This document shows positions 32,906 through 40,599 of a stretch of 42,338 nt of DNA, in pieces. The notes beneath the pieces were generated by a model that saw only the letters and a list, made by a program, of their open reading frames with translations, did not search any database and was not told the origin of the DNA. Numbering within the stretch: the first letter of the stretch is position 1; each line of letters starts with the position of its first letter. The position numbers and the translations under genes were made by a program. The stretch is from a virus: IMG/VR virus record IMGVR_UViG_3300045988_018117, positions 1-42,338 of that record. One strand, given 5' to 3'.

Positions 32906-33108
32906 GCCGTCACCTCCGTTGTCTCCGTCACAGGGCGTTGCAGTCCGGTGTCGCGGTACTCCACATAGCGCTTGGGCGTGGCGCCGGGCGTCCTGCGCAC
33001 CCGCACCACACACACCTCCAGCGCGGCGGCTGTGAGGATGCCGCAGAGGGTGCGGCGGTCGGCGTCGCTGTCGATGGGCTGGGGGATGCGCATCCAGCTG
33101 TCGTTCAT
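32902..33108 (-). CDS. Hypothetical protein (68 aa)
   Basis: Start at MNDSWM (RBS GAGGAGGAA). Confidence 0.55.
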   Translation of the reverse strand: MNDSWMRIPQPIDSDADRRTLCGILTAAALEVCVVRVRRTPGATPKRYVEYRDTGLQRPVTETTEVTA

Positions 33109-33305
33109 ATCAGATTCCTCCTCATCTTTTCTTTTCCCTTCATGGTGTAGCGGCAGTGCATGGTGACATGTGACGCCCTGCCGCAGCATGTGCAGTCGCC
33201 GACGTAGCGGGTGGCGTCCACCCGCACTACATGGGTCTGCAGCAGCTGCGTATAGCAGGCAGGGCAGAACGCACCCTTGCCGATGTGGTCATAGGCCGGA
33301 TCCAT
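33105..33305 (-). CDS. Small Cys-rich (zinc-ribbon-like) protein
   Basis: 66 aa, with CPAC...CTCCG motifs. Confidence 0.55.
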   Translation of the reverse strand: MDPAYDHIGKGAFCPACYTQLLQTHVVRVDATRYVGDCTCCGRASHVTMHCRYTMKGKEKMRRNLI

Positions 33306-33675
33306 GGGGCGGCACTTCCTCTATGTAAATTTCCGTGCGGGGATGCTCCTTGTCGTACAGGACGCGGCTGCCGTCGTGCCCGGCGACAATGGCGCTGTTG
33401 TCGTCCGCCAGAACCCCGTGATGCACCAGCAGGTCGCAGGTGGCTTCCAGTAGGTTGCAGAGGTCGACGCGCCGCCGCGTGGGCATGTAGTATAGGCAGC
33501 GGACATTCACGGGGCTGTCCAGCCTTTTCCGGTAGGGGAGCAGGCAGGGCCCCGCGTCCCGCTCATACTCCCGGTATTTCTGGCTGGGCAGGATCATGGG
33601 GCGAGAACGCACCATGACGATGTGCTGGGAGTTCTTCTTTGTCACCGGCGGCAGGGGGATGGTGATGCGGATCAT
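33289..33675 (-). CDS. rusA: RusA-family Holliday junction resolvase
   Basis: Start at MIRITIPLPPVTKKNS, followed by VDLCNLLEATCDLL..GVLADDNSAIV, the RusA Asp motifs. ATGA overlap with the upstream gene. Confidence 0.75.
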   Translation of the reverse strand: MIRITIPLPPVTKKNSQHIVMVRSRPMILPSQKYREYERDAGPCLLPYRKRLDSPVNVRCLYYMPTRRRVDLCNLLEATCDLLVHHGVLADDNSAIVAGHDGSRVLYDKEHPRTEIYIEEVPPHGSGL

Positions 33676-34034
33676 GTCAGCGCCTCCTTGGCCTCCTGCC
33701 ACGTCATCCCGTGTTCCCGTGCATAGCGGGAGATGCGGCCCAGCTTGCGCTCCTTGTGGACGTAGTCCCGCATCCACGCAAAACGCTCCATCGTGTCCTG
33801 TGCCTGTTCTTCCTGCGTCTGCTCCTCCTGCGGCTCAATGCCCATCGTGATATCCGCCACATCGGGGAAAAATTTATTGCGTCTGGCATAGGCGACGGCG
33901 GCGGCTCTTACGTCCGCGTAGCTGTAAGGCTCTAAGGCGATCTCCCACGCCAGCTTCATTTTTGCCGTGACCTGCTTGTTCGGCCAGAACTGCGAAAACA
34001 GGGTAAAAAGCTTCTCAACCTCGCATCTGTCCAT
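33672..34034 (-). CDS. G39P-like helicase loader/inhibitor N-terminal domain protein
   Basis: EKLFTLFSQFWPNK...WEIALEPYSYADVRAAAVAYARRNKFFPDVADI parallels SPP1 G39P as I remember it. Confidence 0.55.
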   Translation of the reverse strand: MDRCEVEKLFTLFSQFWPNKQVTAKMKLAWEIALEPYSYADVRAAAVAYARRNKFFPDVADITMGIEPQEEQTQEEQAQDTMERFAWMRDYVHKERKLGRISRYAREHGMTWQEAKEALT

Positions 34035-34087
34035 TTCTTCCTCCTCCGGTAGTACATACTCCCGCCGCCGTAATATATAACATTCGT

Positions 34088-34197
34088 TCTCTTACTCTCC
34101 CTCTCTCTCTTACTCTCTCTCTTTCTCCCCCTCTTTCTCCTTGCGCCTTTGTTTCGCGTTTGTTCCGCTTTTGTTATCCGTTTGATTCTGATTTGTT
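34088..34197. repeat. Polypyrimidine (CT)n-rich tract followed by five TTTG(T/A)T boxes at exact 11-bp spacing; candidate origin or bent DNA
   Basis: CTCTTACTCTCCCTCTCTCTCTTACTCTCTCTCTTTCTCCCCCTCTTTCTCC at 34088-34140. Boxes start at 34148, 34159, 34170, 34181 and 34192. Confidence 0.8.
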
Positions 34198-34410
34198 CTG
34201 GCGGTTGGCGGCTTTATTTCTGCCGCTGTCCAGTGTGGGGCGAATCAAATTAAATGCGACACTGGCGGCGGGGGAGAGACTGCTGGACGGTTCTGTTTCG
34301 TTCAGCGCATAGTCGCAGATCGCCAGAAGGATCTCCGCCTGCTGCTTTCTGGGAAGAGGCTGGATCGCATCCCAGTAGGAGCTGTAAAACGTGAATTGTT
34401 TGCGCTTCAC
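34174..34410 (-). CDS. Hypothetical replication-module protein (78 aa)
   Basis: GTG start after RBS AAGGAG. FTFYSSYWDAIQPL...LLAICDYAL resembles N-terminal domains of phage replisome-organiser-type proteins (weak). Confidence 0.5.
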   Translation of the reverse strand: MKRKQFTFYSSYWDAIQPLPRKQQAEILLAICDYALNETEPSSSLSPAASVAFNLIRPTLDSGRNKAANRQNKSESNG

Positions 34411-34416
34411 ACCGCC

Positions 34417-34731
34417 TCACTCCTTCTTCATCGCCCCGATGACGTAAACGCCGCGCTCCTTGTCCAGCGCCACCTGCACGGTGTAGTCTGTCAGCGCCTG
34501 CGTCACCAGCTCCTCAGGGATCTCCAGATGGTAGCCCCACAGTGTGTCGCAGTCCTCACGCTTCTCGCCAAACTGTACGGCACAGGCGGCGTAGTGCGCA
34601 TCCATGCCGCGCCTGAACGCCTCGCTCACGCTCTCCGCGTCCTCGATGTGCTGCCGCTGGCGCTGTACGATGTTTTCCAGGTGCCGATTCTGCCGCCGCA
34701 GACCCTTGATCTCATCCTGCATCTTTCCCAT
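34417..34731 (-). CDS. Hypothetical protein (104 aa)
   Basis: ORF with RBS GAAAGGAAG. Confidence 0.65.
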   Translation of the reverse strand: MGKMQDEIKGLRRQNRHLENIVQRQRQHIEDAESVSEAFRRGMDAHYAACAVQFGEKREDCDTLWGYHLEIPEELVTQALTDYTVQVALDKERGVYVIGAMKKE

Positions 34732-34936
34732 TCTTTTCTTCCTTTCTCTCGTACTCGTCCGTCAGGTGCCGTGCGATGGTGCAATGCTCCCACGCACCGG
34801 CACAGAATTGATTCATGAAGCGGGATGCCGCGCCGCCCGTCTCGAAGCTGACGCGGCTTCCGCCCTCGCAACAGACCCGCCGTTTCTCGCTGCTGGTGAA
34901 GTAGGGGCAGGTGTACCGCTTGTGCCAGTAATCCAT
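34712..34936 (-). CDS. Small Cys-rich protein (74 aa)
   Basis: Start at MDYWHKRYTCPYF (RBS GAGGGG). Contains seven Cys residues (CPYF, VCCEGG, FCAG, HC). Confidence 0.55.
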   Translation of the reverse strand: MDYWHKRYTCPYFTSSEKRRVCCEGGSRVSFETGGAASRFMNQFCAGAWEHCTIARHLTDEYERKEEKNGKDAG

Positions 34937-34953
34937 GCCGCTTACCCCTCCCA

Positions 34954-35376
34954 TCAGAACGGCAGGTCGCCGTCGTCCTCGTCGATCTCCAGGAAGTCGG
35001 GTCCGGGAACACTGACGCCGCCTGCGGCAGGCTGGGCGAAGCCGTCCTGCGCGTCCTTCCGGCTGTCGCCAAAGTAGATGTTGTCCGCCAACACCTCGGC
35101 GCTGCGGCGCTTGTTCCCGTCCTTGTCCGTCCAGTCCCGCAGCTGCAAGCGCCCCTCCACCACGGCCATGCGGCCCTTGGAGAAATACTTGGACACGAAC
35201 TCGGCGGTGTTGCGCCACGCCACAACGTCAATAAAATCCGTGTCCTTGGTGCCGTCCGCGTTCTTAAAGTCCCGGTCTACCGCCAGCGTGAAGCTGGTGA
35301 CGGCGGTGCCGTTCTGCGTCCTGCGCAGTTCCGGATCGCGGGTCAGGCGGCCCATAATGAAAATCTTGTTCAGCAT
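34954..35376 (-). CDS. ssb: Single-stranded DNA-binding protein
   Basis: MLNKIFIMGRLTRDPELR... is an OB fold. Acidic tail ends in DDGDLPF. Confidence 0.9.
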   Translation of the reverse strand: MLNKIFIMGRLTRDPELRRTQNGTAVTSFTLAVDRDFKNADGTKDTDFIDVVAWRNTAEFVSKYFSKGRMAVVEGRLQLRDWTDKDGNKRRSAEVLADNIYFGDSRKDAQDGFAQPAAGGVSVPGPDFLEIDEDDGDLPF

Positions 35377-35377
35377 T

Positions 35378-35803
35378 TCAAATCTCCTTATCCAATTCTT
35401 TTTGTTCCGCAAACTTGTACATCATATGTGCTGCATACGAAATAGCCTGCATTAGATCCACTTCCCGCGTTCCTTTAACCTTGGAATACGCCTTGCATAT
35501 CTCCGTCCCTTGGAAATACATACGCAATACAATTTTTTCTGGAGAGACATCCAACCCCAGCGTATACAGCCCAGCCCCACTGTTAGCTTTTGTAGGTTGA
35601 ACGTCTTCCTTTTTCTGAAATGCGCCATTCTCCACTCCAAGCTCTCGGACTAACAGGTCGTATGTGTAGTCAGCCATATCGCCTGTGCAAGAGCACAAGA
35701 AGTTTGAGTTGCGACCGATGCGCCTACACACATCAGATTGCGTCATACCGTGCTCCCGAATATGCTTTTTTATAGCCGGGATATCCACCTTGATTCGTTT
35801 CAT
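35378..35803 (-). CDS. HTH-domain protein, function unknown
   Basis: 141 aa. The N-terminal IKKHIREHGMTQSDVCRRIG is an HTH. Confidence 0.6.
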   Translation of the reverse strand: MKRIKVDIPAIKKHIREHGMTQSDVCRRIGRNSNFLCSCTGDMADYTYDLLVRELGVENGAFQKKEDVQPTKANSGAGLYTLGLDVSPEKIVLRMYFQGTEICKAYSKVKGTREVDLMQAISYAAHMMYKFAEQKELDKEI

Positions 35804-35822
35804 TTCTTTTCACCCATTCCTC

Positions 35823-36095
35823 TCATAAATAACTTTTGCCGAACTCGCGGCGGAAGTCCTCCTCCGTCCAGCCCTGCTCCTGCATAGCCTTCAGCTGGCC
35901 GTAGCGCCGCAGCCTACGCATCTGGTCGCCGCTCCGGTGTACGGCACTCTTGCCGTTCCGGTGGCACCTGTTGCCGCAGAGCCACACTACCAGGCCGTAC
36001 TTTTCGCTTTTCTTGCGGTTCGTCCCGCCAAAAATGTGGTGGCATTCCAACGGGTCGTTTGTGTCACGCCGTCCGCACAGGAAGCACCGTATCAT
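35823..36095 (-). CDS. Small HNH-like zinc-binding protein (putative nuclease)
   Basis: Start at MIRCFLCG. Contains CHHIFGGTNRKKSEKYGLVVWLC..RCH. ATGA overlap with the upstream gene. Confidence 0.5.
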   Translation of the reverse strand: MIRCFLCGRRDTNDPLECHHIFGGTNRKKSEKYGLVVWLCGNRCHRNGKSAVHRSGDQMRRLRRYGQLKAMQEQGWTEEDFRREFGKSYL

Positions 36096-36631
36096 ACGCT
36101 CACCTCTCCCCACCGGCTCACAAGGGCATCCAGCTCTCGCGGCGTCATAGTCTCGATGCCGACATCCCGGCAATCCTGCACGATGGCGTCTATCAGCCGC
36201 GCCATCTGCTCCGTGTCGTATACGGAGCTGCCGTACCAGACGGTCACGTTCACGCAGCCCTTGATTTTGCTGGGGCCGGTATCGGTCATCCAGCCGATAC
36301 CGTTCCGTTCCCAGCTCCGGCAGAACGCCTCCGCCGCCTTTTCCCGCAGGCACAGCACCTCACTGACGCCGCCGATGCTCTGTATCTCCTGCCGGTATAC
36401 CTTCTCTCTCGCAACGCCGTAGTGCGCCGCCAGCTTGTCCAGCAGCACCCACGCATACCCGTTGGCATCGAGGCTCCGCCCCTTGCCCTTGATGGTGGCG
36501 GTGTACGCCTTGCCCGGCTTCAGCGCATCACAGACCTCCATCGCCGCCTCCGGTGACTTCACACGCAGGCAGAGCCACGCGCCCTCGCTGTCCTGCGACC
36601 AACGCGCCGCGTTAACCGTTACCTGCCGCAT
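36092..36631 (-). CDS. NinB/Orf-like recombination mediator
   Basis: GKGRSLDANGYAWVLLDKLA parallels lambda NinB RNRSLDQNRKLWACLGDV. Confidence 0.55.
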   Translation of the reverse strand: MRQVTVNAARWSQDSEGAWLCLRVKSPEAAMEVCDALKPGKAYTATIKGKGRSLDANGYAWVLLDKLAAHYGVAREKVYRQEIQSIGGVSEVLCLREKAAEAFCRSWERNGIGWMTDTGPSKIKGCVNVTVWYGSSVYDTEQMARLIDAIVQDCRDVGIETMTPRELDALVSRWGEVSV

Positions 36632-37229
36632 GGTTGTTCTCCGCTCTCATGCAGCCCCAGCAGAGCCGCTTGCCGTACTTCTTTACCGCGTTCTCTACGA
36701 TCTCGTTGGTGGGATACACACGATCCCCGCACTTTACCGCCTTGATGGGCAGTCCGCAGAACTCACACAGCACCGGCGCCTCCTGCTTGCTCTCCGGCTT
36801 GTCATACTTGCTCCTATCCGCCTCCCAGTACACGTCCGCGCCAAAGCCAAGCGCCTTACAAGCCACAGAGATAGCGTCCGTCAGCGCCATCTTAAAGCAC
36901 TCGTCGGAGGTATAAGGCCCGTTCTTCTCCTTAGCGACAAACGCACTGCCGCCCGTGCCGGGGATCGCGTCAGACCACACGCCGTCGGCCTTTACAAACA
37001 GGTCAATGTCCAGAAATGCGGCTACTTCGCCGTTCGCGCCCTGCTCAAGCCGCTTGTCAGTGATGACGTATTTCCATCCGAAGCCGCAGGGGCCGAACTT
37101 CTCTGTCAGCGCCTTAATACGCCACATGGGGTTGATGTCGGTCTTGCCTTTCAAGCGGCCCGCCTCGATGCGCCTTTTTGCGCTGTCCGGCACACTGCGG
37201 ACTTCGTTGTAGATCGTCAGATTATCCAT
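36612..37229 (-). CDS. Rad52-like single-strand annealing protein with C-terminal zinc ribbon
   Basis: INPMWRIKALTEKFGPCGFGWKY is a motif typical of the Sak/Rad52-type annealases I recall. The C-terminus has CEFCG...CWGC. Confidence 0.6.
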   Translation of the reverse strand: MDNLTIYNEVRSVPDSAKRRIEAGRLKGKTDINPMWRIKALTEKFGPCGFGWKYVITDKRLEQGANGEVAAFLDIDLFVKADGVWSDAIPGTGGSAFVAKEKNGPYTSDECFKMALTDAISVACKALGFGADVYWEADRSKYDKPESKQEAPVLCEFCGLPIKAVKCGDRVYPTNEIVENAVKKYGKRLCWGCMRAENNHAAGNG

Positions 37230-37720
37230 CACTTCACCCCCATGTTCGTCCGCTCACACAACTCCGCACCGGTCACGGCCATGCCGGACTTGAGCAGCGG
37301 CGCAATGTCCGTCTTGCTCACCGTCGGCTGGGCATACGTCACATTGCCGTCGTAGCCGTTGTCCATGCACCACTGCACCAGCGCCTCCATGTTGGTGATC
37401 TCTACCGCCGTGCTCTTGCGATATGTCACGGCACACTTGGCCGTCTGGAACGGCGCACCGTCCAGCGCCCGGTCAACGTAACCCAGCAGCTTGTCCCGCT
37501 TGGCTTCCAGCGCCCTGCGCCGCTCCGCCAGCTCCTTTTCCTCCTCCCGGATGGCATTGGCCTCCGCCGCCAGATTCTTCGTCCAGCACACGATGCCCTC
37601 GATCTTGGCGTCCCTCGCCATCTGGAGTTCCTCAAAGGCGTCAAAGTCAAGGACTTCGCCGGTCTCGTGGTCGATCAGGTTCTCCAGCGCCTGGTCGATG
37701 TGATACAGGCTCAAACTCAT
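37229..37720 (-). CDS. Siphovirus Gp157-family protein
   Basis: Start at MSLSLYHIDQALENLID. Central coiled coil with EEEKELAERRRALE. Overall pattern matches the Gp157 family. Confidence 0.6.
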   Translation of the reverse strand: MSLSLYHIDQALENLIDHETGEVLDFDAFEELQMARDAKIEGIVCWTKNLAAEANAIREEEKELAERRRALEAKRDKLLGYVDRALDGAPFQTAKCAVTYRKSTAVEITNMEALVQWCMDNGYDGNVTYAQPTVSKTDIAPLLKSGMAVTGAELCERTNMGVK

Positions 37721-37878
37721 TTTCTTTCCTCCCATGCGTCCACCGCCGTGATGCAGTTGTCGCACCCGACGATCTCGCCGTTCTCGTTTTTGTAGTAGGT
37801 GTCCGTCTCCTCCCCGCACACGGGGCAGACGGGCACGTCGTAGCCCTTCGGCTCCACCGGGCCGTCCCGGTATTCCAT
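37717..37878 (-). CDS. Small zinc-ribbon protein (53 aa)
   Basis: Start at MEYRDGP in a TGATG overlap. Contains CPVCG...CDNC. Confidence 0.5.
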   Translation of the reverse strand: MEYRDGPVEPKGYDVPVCPVCGEETDTYYKNENGEIVGCDNCITAVDAWEERK

Positions 37879-38024
37879 CACGCTCCGCATGACATCCACC
37901 ACAAGGCGGTCAGCAGAGCCGCCCACAGGACAAGCGCCGCAATGCCCAGCGCACGTTCCAGCCGCTTCCGCCTGCATCGCGCGGAGTATTCCCGCGCCCG
38001 GCGGTTCCGTTCTCTCTTGCTCAT
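37878..38024 (-). CDS. Small membrane protein (48 aa), basic N-terminus plus TM helix
   Basis: MSKRERNRRAREYSARCRRKRLERALGIAALVLWAALLTALWW. ATGA overlap with the upstream gene. Confidence 0.45.
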   Translation of the reverse strand: MSKRERNRRAREYSARCRRKRLERALGIAALVLWAALLTALWWMSCGA

Positions 38025-38110
38025 CGTCCCAGCGCCTCCACGCCCTTGACGATAGTCCAGCTCAGCCACGCCGCGCCGATAAACGCCAGCGCCCATGCAA
38101 ACGTACTCAT
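38021..38110 (-). CDS. Micro-ORF encoding a 29-aa TM peptide
   Basis: MSTFAWALAFIGAAWLSWTIVKGVEALGR. RBS GGAGGA. Overlaps the stops and starts of both neighbours. Confidence 0.4.
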   Translation of the reverse strand: MSTFAWALAFIGAAWLSWTIVKGVEALGR

Positions 38111-38316
38111 TCCTCCACCGTCCTTTCCGCGATCCATGCGTCCAGCTGCTTCTTGAAGATCTGGAACACAGGGCTTCGCTCCATCTCGATCACGATCCCG
38201 AAGGGATACACCCCCTGCTTGATGCCCTGCCGCAGCGTATCCGGCGATATGCTCAACCCGCGATCTCGCAGGTACTGTGCCGCGTCCTGCGGCGTCAGCG
38301 TCGCGATCCTGCTCAT
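38107..38316 (-). CDS. Excisionase/MerR-like HTH protein
   Basis: Start at MSRIATLTPQDAAQYLRDRGLSISPDTLRQGIKQG. ATGA overlap with the upstream gene. Confidence 0.55.
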   Translation of the reverse strand: MSRIATLTPQDAAQYLRDRGLSISPDTLRQGIKQGVYPFGIVIEMERSPVFQIFKKQLDAWIAERTVEE

Positions 38317-38507
38317 TTCTTTCTCCTCTCGATGATGGCATCCAGCGCACTTTCCATGCGCTTCTGGATGTCCTTCGGCTTCTTCACGCCGTTCAGGATC
38401 TGGCACACATACGCCTTTCCGATCCCCAGCTCCGCGCCCAGCTCGGCGTAGGTAATGCGGTTGTTGTGCATCCTCCCGATCAGGCGTCCCGTCCATGCTT
38501 CCGGCAT
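38313..38507 (-). CDS. Cro-like HTH regulator (first gene of the leftward early operon)
   Basis: 64 aa. ITYAELGAELGIGKAYVCQILNG is an HTH. RBS AAAGGAGA. It is divergent from the + strand lysogeny genes. Confidence 0.65.
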   Translation of the reverse strand: MPEAWTGRLIGRMHNNRITYAELGAELGIGKAYVCQILNGVKKPKDIQKRMESALDAIIERRKK

Positions 38508-38532
38508 TTCTTATCTCCTTTCAAATTTATAG

Positions 38533-38561
38533 TTGCAAAAGTTTACTTTTCGTGATACCAT
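38533..38561 (+). promoter_or_regulatory. Putative sigma-A promoter (TTGCAA-17-TACCAT, TG at -15/-14) with embedded palindromic operator AAAAGTttACTTTT
   Basis: TTGCAA at 38533-38538, palindrome at 38537-38550, TACCAT at 38556-38561. It lies in the 88-bp divergent intergenic region. Confidence 0.4.
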
Positions 38562-38595
38562 AAAGTTGCCACACATCATGCATCACGAGGTGCTT

Positions 38596-38949
38596 ATGAC
38601 CAGATACGATCTGCTTTCCGTCCTTCTGGACAACGGCGGCGAAATGGAACAGTCCCAGCTGTTGAACAAATTCCCGGACGCCCAAGTTACCGCCGAGGGC
38701 TTTTTCCAAATGCTCCTGGATGACCGCTGCATCAAATGCGGCAAAGAACCGCGGTCAACTGTCTCCATCACATTCAAAGGCAAAGCCCTTTACTCACAGC
38801 TTGATCAGGAAAAGAAAGACCACGACGAGGAACGCGCCTACATTCGAGCCGTAAATCACAGCTCTCGCAATATCGCAATAATAGCCGCGTGCGCTGGTGT
38901 GATCGCCGCAGTCTTGTCCTTTATCCAAATTCTTCTGCTTCTCCTGTGA
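38596..38949 (+). CDS. Winged-helix-like protein with C-terminal TM helix, function unknown
   Basis: Start at MTRYDLLSVLLDNGGEMEQSQLLNKF (RBS GAGGTG). The C-terminal IAIIAACAGVIAAVLSFIQILLLLL is a TM helix. Confidence 0.55.
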   Translation: MTRYDLLSVLLDNGGEMEQSQLLNKFPDAQVTAEGFFQMLLDDRCIKCGKEPRSTVSITFKGKALYSQLDQEKKDHDEERAYIRAVNHSSRNIAIIAACAGVIAAVLSFIQILLLLL

Positions 38950-39059
38950 TAACCGCCGTAAATGGCTCACCAGCACCCAAATGTTCCCGATCAATACAGC
39001 GGTGCAGTACTGAAAGGCCAATACTGCTCCTGCGCCCATTCTCTCACCCCCTCTCTCTT

Positions 39060-39135
39060 TGTTGCGTTTGTTACCTAACACGATGCCATTATATAGCTAA
39101 CATTCGCAACAGTCAACACGAAATGTTGCGTTTGT
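39060..39135. promoter_or_regulatory. Putative operator set: TGTTGCGTTTGT x2 (direct) plus one inverted half-site CGCAACA
   Basis: Exact 12-mers at 39060-39071 and 39124-39135. CGCAACA at 39105-39111 forms an inverted repeat with the second 12-mer. All are upstream of the XRE gene. Confidence 0.45.
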
Positions 39136-39173
39136 ACACTTTTGTATCCTTGCACAACAAGGAGGTATAAATT

Positions 39174-39491
39174 TTGTTTTATTTGACGTTTATTGAGCTA
39201 TGCTCAAAAATAAAAAAGTCCCCATCCGCAGTCGCAGAGGAGATGGGATTCAAAAGATCAGTTGTCACGCGCTGGCGGAACGGGACAGTCCCCCGCGATG
39301 CCAACTTGCAGCGCATAGCCGACTATTTTGGTGTTCCGGTCGAAACCCTGACCGCAGGACAAAAAGAAACCGCGCCCACCGTTACCGATGAGCGCGATCT
39401 TGAAATGCTGTCTCTGCTGTCCCGCCTTACGCCGGAGCAGAAGGAGATGCTTCTTCTCCAGATAAAAGGGCTTTTGCCGCCGCAAGAATAA
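39174..39491 (+). CDS. XRE-family HTH repressor-like protein (no peptidase domain)
   Basis: TTG start after AAGGAGG. SPSAVAEEMGFKRSVVTRWRNGTVPRDANLQRIADYFGV is an HTH. Confidence 0.7.
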   Translation: MFYLTFIELCSKIKKSPSAVAEEMGFKRSVVTRWRNGTVPRDANLQRIADYFGVPVETLTAGQKETAPTVTDERDLEMLSLLSRLTPEQKEMLLLQIKGLLPPQE

Positions 39492-39624
39492 TGTCCTTCT
39501 CCGTTTCTCCAAGCTGTACAAACAGCTCCATTAGTTTTTTGTCCATTTTCTTCCCCTCTCTTTCGTCAAATCGCATAGTTTTTTGCTCCGTGTTTGGCTA
39601 TATATCCAAATTTATTTTCTTAAC

Positions 39625-39653
39625 TTGTTTACATTCCGCGCAGTTTGTATAAT
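39625..39653 (+). promoter_or_regulatory. Putative promoter TTGTTT-17-TATAAT for the low-GC membrane protein gene
   Basis: TTGTTT at 39625-39630 and TATAAT at 39648-39653. RBS AAAGGGGG lies downstream. Confidence 0.45.
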
Positions 39654-39668
39654 TTTCTCTGAAAGGGG

Positions 39669-40403
39669 GTGTATGTATTGCGAAATGAAGATATAAAGGC
39701 AGGTGTAATTGGCACACTCGCATTATTTTCCGTTGGTTGCGTAGTAGCAAGAAATGTTTTCCCTGACCCATTTTGGTTAATCGCAAGAGTTCAGTTTCTT
39801 GTTCTGGCTGGAGTATTTATCGGATATTGCGCATACAAAGGCACAATGCGGATAGAGAACGCAGTTTCTCCAAGTGATTTAGCCTATGTTTTTGATGACA
39901 CGTTCAGCAGAAATCACGTTATTTGCCCAAAAACAGGTGATATGTGCTTAGACACAAAATGCGCGCCAGGAATCATGCAAACATACGGGATGGCAAAAAC
40001 CAGATATTTGTTAACCTATTGCGAAACGCCAAATATTTGGTCATTCGGTGTGCAATGGCTTTTATTTTCTGCCTCATCCGTCTGTTTTCTTCGTTTATGG
40101 GAACAGCACACAGGTCTTAAACTAATTCCTTTTGGAGCTGTTTTTGCAGCAATTCCGGTGGTATCTTATTTCTTATTTGATTATTATGGGAAAAGTAGCT
40201 TGTCCTGTCCTAATGCATTTTCAATGAAAATTCCACCGATTGATGATGTTGCCGGATTTAATAACGCAATGGAGCATTATTGTGTTTATCTATACGCTTG
40301 TTCACTCGTAATGCAAACCGCGTCTACAACTTATTCCAGATTTAAGTCAATCGCATTTTATATATCTTTTGCCTTGATATGTTTTGCGATTATAACATTC
40401 TAA
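39669..40403 (+). CDS. Multi-pass membrane protein of unknown function, encoded in a low-GC island
   Basis: 244-aa ORF (GTG at 39669, or more likely TTG at 39678). About 6 hydrophobic helices and a Cys-rich loop (HVICPKTGDMCLDTKC). Hand-counted 60-nt lines here are 32-42% GC, against about 55-68% elsewhere. Confidence 0.7.
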   Translation: MYVLRNEDIKAGVIGTLALFSVGCVVARNVFPDPFWLIARVQFLVLAGVFIGYCAYKGTMRIENAVSPSDLAYVFDDTFSRNHVICPKTGDMCLDTKCAPGIMQTYGMAKTRYLLTYCETPNIWSFGVQWLLFSASSVCFLRLWEQHTGLKLIPFGAVFAAIPVVSYFLFDYYGKSSLSCPNAFSMKIPPIDDVAGFNNAMEHYCVYLYACSLVMQTASTTYSRFKSIAFYISFALICFAIITF

Positions 40404-40413
40404 AGATATAGCC

Positions 40414-40445
40414 GCCCCCGCCGCCTCCGCAACGGCGACGGGGGC
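40414..40445 (+). terminator. GC-rich hairpin after the membrane protein gene (possible terminator, weak U-tract)
   Basis: GCCCCCGCCGCC...GGCGaCGGGGGC followed by TTAC. Confidence 0.3.
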
Positions 40446-40599
40446 TTACAGCAGAACACCAACCATCACGCGCACCTGCTGCGGCTTCACCGTAACAAAA
40501 CCGCATTAGGCAGGTCAACGCCGGAACAAGGCAGACCGCCCCGTTGCGCCAAACCGAAACGGGGCAGGCCGCGCCCAGTTGAGGGAGGAATGAATACAA

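Noticed and set aside
34626-35231. 201-aa and 168-aa - strand ORFs overlapping ssb
   Set aside because: Only the last 74 codons of the 168-aa frame (34712-34936) are plausible, with an RBS and a Cys-rich small protein. The upstream parts overlap the unambiguous SSB frame.
38794-39081. 95-aa - strand ORF (possible start MGAGAVLAF at 39039 with RBS GGGGGTGA) overlapping the 3' end of the + strand gene 38596-38949
   Set aside because: It overlaps the + gene antisense by about 155 nt. Only its first 25 residues look protein-like (a TM helix). I cannot decide without conservation data, so I left it unannotated.
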